Source: Amphiscolops sp. MND2022 (taxonomy: Eukaryota). From it: DNA of 64,000 nt. Shown piece after piece: positions 58,933 through 64,000 of the stretch; position 1 is the first letter of the stretch; every line of letters begins with the position of its first letter. The position numbers and the translations under genes are program-made. The notes below the pieces were generated by a model. The model was not told where the DNA came from. It saw only the letters and a program-made list of their open reading frames with translations, and made no database searches. Location of the stretch: positions 1,302,001 to 1,366,000 of the forward strand of contig OZ076409.1 in NCBI GenBank assembly GCA_964187785.1, read 5' to 3'.

Positions 58933-61900
58933 TGTTGAAATAGAAATATTCTTGACAATTTGTCAATGTAACTCAGTTCTATAGGTTTCGTAAAGAAAGG
59001 AGAACGAAGCAAGAATCTATTTTTAAGGAGATCATGTAGTGAAACTGGATCACCTTCAAGGTGTATGGTTTCCAATGTCACTGGTACTTTTAACTTCAAA
59101 CAATACAACATCAATAAACAACTAACAACTTATCTAAACGGTCAATGTCATTTCGTTAAACCAATTACCATTTTAGTTTGCATCGTTTTTTCTATTTGCA
59201 GCCCTGTTACATTCCCCTGTTTGATTCTTGACGAGCTCTTCTCGGTTGGTTGATTACTGAAAAGGTTTGGGTTTGTCTTCGAAATCTTCTGCTGTTTATT
59301 CTTCATCGCTCGAGATTATGACGACTTCTTTTTCGGCTTTCGGGTCGACCCCAGAAATCATCATTGGGTTCCCATAGTAATTTATTACGGTTTCTTTTCG
59401 GTCATTCACTGGTTGAGCTTCTTTCCTCATTCTCACTATCGGGTTCTTTTTTGGTTTTCTTCCAATTCACTGTGGCTTGAATGGGGTGTTCCAATTTTTG
59501 CCGTACGCTCTTTCCCTCCCAAAGATTTCAGAGTCCTGGTAATGTGGAATGTCGCTAATCCTAAACTCGAACTTGCTGTCGATATCTGAAACATTTTAGG
59601 TATTTGTTGGTTTTTTAGCTATTATATCCTTTACTGTAGTTAGTTTTCTCATAATATGTAGTTCTGCCGGATAAACAGTGTTAAGTTTTTGAGCTCTTTT
59701 TGGAACGTAAAGTAGTTTTGACAATCCAGCGTTGTCTTTTTCTAGTATAGTATGTTTTTAGCTCTCAATCTTTCGTTCACCGTTCTTATTGGCCTCTCCA
59801 CGTACCCGGTACCTCTATGGTCTTGTATCGGGCAATTGATATGCTGAATGAAGTTTATATTGGCAATTTGTTTTCTAACGAATACCATTCCTGGGTCTGT
59901 GCCAATTTTTCTTGGGATACCATTGTCTGCTATATGCCAATCGAGGAATTCGAGCACTTCATTCGTTGTGGGTGCTCTTAAAAAGTTTGCGTCCGGCCAG
60001 CCGGTCTTACTATCCATTGATACGTTTGATTATTTCTTTGAACTTCTTGCTATTTTGATTGGTCCTCGAAGTCAATCGCTATTCCTTCAATTATCGTTTC
60101 TGGTATGCGTTTCTTATCACATTGCTTTTTTCTTAACAATGGCTTGATCGACTCACCTGCAACATGGCAATCGTGGCCAATTGCCGGTAAGTTGTCTCAG
60201 AATTTGATCTCAAAAGAATTTTAAATTGTTTTTGTAAAAACTTCGCTATAATAAGCCCCTCATCTTTGTACAGTAGATCGTTTCCATCAAACGAAATTGA
60301 AATATACCGTTCTCTGCAAAGGTTGTCAAGGGATCTTACTTTCGCTTTTGAGGTATTCTTTACGATGGTGAATAATTTTAGTATAAATTCATAATTTTTG
60401 TAATTAGCGATCAGCAGGTTTTTTCTATTCGCTAAATTTCAATTTCACTGAAACTTCTCTGAAACGTTTTTACCTGTTAGTTGGCTTCTTGAGCTGCTTT
60501 GGCCCATTTTGAAATGCCACTTTAATCGTATTTGACCGTTTTCCTTGAAGTGTCCGACTTCTGCTACATGTATCTGTTTGTTTTTGGGGCACGAGCTTTG
60601 CGAGATGCCCATATGGTGACGTTTTTTTTTCGCAGATTTCGTGACAAGTGCCATTTTTTCAAACTTGTGAGGCAAATTTCTCAAAACCCAGAACAGATAC
60701 GGACACCATGTTTTCGCTAAAAGTTGCGCAAGATCCTAGGCTATATTTTCGCCGAAAAAGTTTTCGAAAAAAATTCGGCTTCATGGGTTTTTTGCCAACG
60801 ACTTTCTGAAAAAAAAACGCTATTTTTGACTATTTTTCATTTTGATCCCCTATATCTCAGAACTGAGACCAAATACAGGGTCCATGGTTTCGTAAATTGT
60901 ACAAGCGTTTTGTAGGCTACATTTCGGCCTAAAATTGACGTCAATTTTTATTTCATACTTGGTGCTTTTGGGCAAAAAATAGGACAAAAACTTTTTCGAA
61001 AAATGTTTCTCATTCGTAGTTCATATTTCTCAAAACTGATAAAAGATACAGAAACCGTTCTCTTTCGAGAAGAACAGCATAAATATATGCTACTTTTTCT
61101 ACTATCAAATGTTCCGTCATGAAGTATGACGTCTTCGGGTTTCTGTCAAAAATACATTTATTCCTTTTTCGCAAAAAAAATTTCCTTCATCTTTCTAGTT
61201 CTTTCATCAAAATATCTTCATCTGAGACTGGATAAGTGCACAAGGTTGTGGGCCCTGGAACACAAAGAACTTGTAACATCTTCTGCAGACCATTGAACGT
61301 TTCTGCTCGTGCCCAAGCGCGACATGCAGTCGCGCCTATATTTTTCTTCCATTGCCTTATCGTGATTTTTCACCCATTTCCATTGTTGTTCCTTTTTATA
61401 AGTGGTGGAAGTTTATGGCATAATTGAGCAAGATAGCGTATAAATCTATTCATCTGGTTTAGCGCCCCAAGTATGACCTCATCTTCTCTAGAAGTTTTAG
61501 CTTTTGTTTATCTGTTTTTGCTTGTATCTTTGCATTTCTTGGCCTTGATCCCGTGAGGGTTAACATTTATCCGAGCCATTCAATTTCACTTTGTGCGAAT
61601 TTACAATTTTCCCACTTCAGTCTAATGTTCCGGTTACTTAGTTATTCTAGCAATTGTTTTACAGCATTTTATGGTCTTCTTTAGTTCCATTTGTCACTAT
61701 TCATATATCATCTAGAAATAAGTACGTATTCGGGAGGTCAGATTGTTCGTTATTCGTTGCTTTTTTGAATTCGGATGGCATTATAGTTAACCAGTAAAAC
61801 CCCGTAAAACATCTGTATATTCCTGTTGATTTCTTTCCTCTCAACCGAAAATCGCAATGTTATGCTGTTTCTTCGTGCATAACGCATATCTGATGATGTG

Positions 61901-63640
61901 TACCACGTTGTCGCTTCGTTTTGGTTATCAAGATTTTTTACCATTATATCAACTAAATGTTCTAGATTTGGCATTTCATGTTTATCTTCCACTAGTTCCT
62001 TTTTAGTCCACGTTCGTCAAGTGCAATTTTCGCACTTTCGTCTTTTTTTACCGTTATCACTACTCGTTGTATGAATTCTTTGTCAGTTACCTCTATATCG
62101 CGTTGTATATGTCCTTCTTCTAATAGTTGTCTCTATTTCCTTTTGCACTGCTTCTTGCAGTTGCATAGAATACCTTCTACCCTTTTGCTGAGTTGTTTTT
62201 GCACTTGGTTTAAACTCAATTTTTACTTCGTGGCCTATTAATTGTCCTTGTCTTTTGAACAAGTCTCCGTTTTTTGTTCCTTCAAACCAATTTGTCCAAT
62301 AATATCGTTTTGAGTGTCCACTTAAATTTCTTTTGCCACTTCACTTGGTTTGCCTAATTTGTTTGGCTGCTAGCAATTTGTAGTAATTCTATGAAATGCG
62401 TGATTACCACTTTTCTGATTGGGTGAGACAGACTTGTAGTTGCGAGCATTGAGCCAATCAGTGATTTCGATCTTTTCTCTGTATCCAAAATCCGGGCCTG
62501 CTGAAGATTGCTCTCGCCTACTTCTAGTTGACAGAATCCCAGTAAGTTGAGTTTTCGTCAGTTGAAATCAACATATTTTACTTTTTTGGGCAGTTCTCGG
62601 GATAAATAATATCTTCCGTTTCATTATCTCATTTTTCTAACCGATTTTAAATATAGTCACGTGTAGTCAACCAATGGATTTCTGTTTTTTCTTCCGGACT
62701 TCGTGAATTCGGCGTTTTCGTCTTCCTAAATGGTCAGCACTATCTTGTCTTCGTCAGTCACTGATTCATTTTCGTTGCTGCTTTGATCGCACTCATCGAT
62801 TCTCTGATTTCTTTGTGGTGGTTTTATTACTTTTCTCTTCCATTGTTCCCTGCACCTTTAGTCTGGCAACATTTTGCAATTTATCCCTTTTTTCCGCATT
62901 TCATCAATCCGATGGCTTTACCTTCTTTTAAATGTTGTGGGGCAAATTTTCCTTCATAAATGAAGCATTTTTGTTTGGGGCCCATCTTTTTGCCCCTTGA
63001 TAAATGTTGTTTAATTCAATTACTTCCGTTTTGATGTTTGGCTTCTCCATCGTGTTGAACGACTGCTGTCTGAGTGCCTTTTTCACAGGCGATGGCGAAC
63101 TAGATTGTTTCGGGCACTGTTCCTTTTAGATCAGTGTCCAATTTCTGCTGAACTTCTTTGTTTACCATGTTCACAGTGAAAACGTCTTTAACAAGACTTT
63201 ACCTTATTCGCCAAATTTACATTTTGGCGACAAACCGTTCAACTCGTTCCAAAACTTTTGCGAACTTTCTTCCTCCTTTTGCTTACAACTGAGAAGTTTG
63301 AATACGTCCAAACTTTCGTTCTTTGGCTTTTCGAAACAATTTTTGTAAATTCTTGTAACGTCAGTAAGACTTACCCTGGCGATTTTGGTTGTTGCAAGTT
63401 TATCTGCCATTGTTTGTCAAGCTAATGTTCCCAAGGCCAGGTGCAGTACATTGATAGCCTTTTTTTGTTGCTGGTATTTCATCCATATCGTGCATTAAGC
63501 TCTTATTTTTCAATCCACTAGTTTTGGTTAACTCGGATATAAAAACATTGCGTTTTGCCATGAGAGCGACTTCGAAGACATCTGTCCATTTCCCCCTCAA
63601 GTCGTAGTGATTTTGATGCATCTGTCCAATAACTGGGTAA
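58933..63640 (-). mobile_element. Old degenerate Gypsy element related to 49249-54661
   Basis: A 3' LTR-like segment (about 58933-59211) and PPT match the intact copy. Fragments DSKTGWPDANFLRAPTTNEV, MPNLEHLVD and FEKPKNESLD..FWNELNGL; many frameshifts; most of RNase H deleted; no 5' LTR seen. Confidence 0.9.
60581..61341 (+). mobile_element. Helentron-type element (HINE family C) inserted in the old Gypsy
   Basis: 5' TTTTTGGGGCACGAGC with nearby GAGATGCCC; 3' GCTCGTGCCCAA, hairpin GCGCGAC-atgca-GTCGCGC and CTATATT. It sits in a T-run and the Gypsy sequence resumes on both sides. Confidence 0.78.
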
Positions 63641-64000
63641 GTATGAAGAAATGATGCTAGAAGGGTATTTATAATTCATTTAACTTCGATAGATCATACC
63701 CTCTTCTTCAAAACGATGCAACCGATAACACTAAAGGTGTTTTTCTTTCGAAGCCTTTTTTTCGTAAACGATCTCTACAAGGAGCCAAAAATAAAGCAAC
63801 TCATAAAGAAGGAGACAAAACAGTAAGTTCAGTTTTAGATTCTCTAGCTCTACAGTTGAGGCAGGAAATGTAGATCTTCGTGAACAGGACAAAGTGCTCT
63901 CTGTGCCGTTCAATTCAAACTATTCCAGGATCGAGTACTGCCTGCTGGAAAGTTTTACAACTGCGTTGAAGGAGGAAAAGATACAAATCTTGATAACCCA

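Noticed and set aside
63731..63961. Possible terminal exon of a neighbouring minus-strand gene (acceptor-like site near 63961)
   Set aside because: All frames after the acceptor stop within about 15 codons and no homology is recognisable; it cannot be supported within this window.

Overview
AT-rich, transposon-dense eukaryotic DNA, most likely from an invertebrate animal; the species cannot be determined from the sequence. No prokaryotic features were found. Two spliced host genes are divergently oriented: a 6-exon F-box/leucine-rich-repeat gene on the minus strand (10119 to 3343) and a 12-13-exon ZSWIM2-like SWIM/RING/ZZ/RING E3 ligase on the plus strand (30999 to about 58717). Exon structures were reconstructed by hand and the intron phases are consistent. 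Most of the remainder is mobile DNA. Retroelements: an intact young Ty3/Gypsy element (49249-54661), an old decayed relative, a BEL/Pao relic, two CR1/L2-type LINEs and a CRE-like RT relic. DNA transposons: two hAT deletion derivatives with 8-bp TSDs, CCC...GGG elements with 2-bp TSDs, Tc1/mariner-type and foldback MITEs, and at least four families of Helentron-type (HINE/DINE-1-like) non-autonomous elements. The most interesting observations are a 135-nt GC-AG intron bounded by inverted repeats (introner-like), atypical 5' splice sites, a Gypsy start codon formed by the LTR/PBS junction, and a 172/237-bp higher-order tandem array built from a Helentron-type element. Family assignments rest on recognised motifs and terminal structures, not on database searches.
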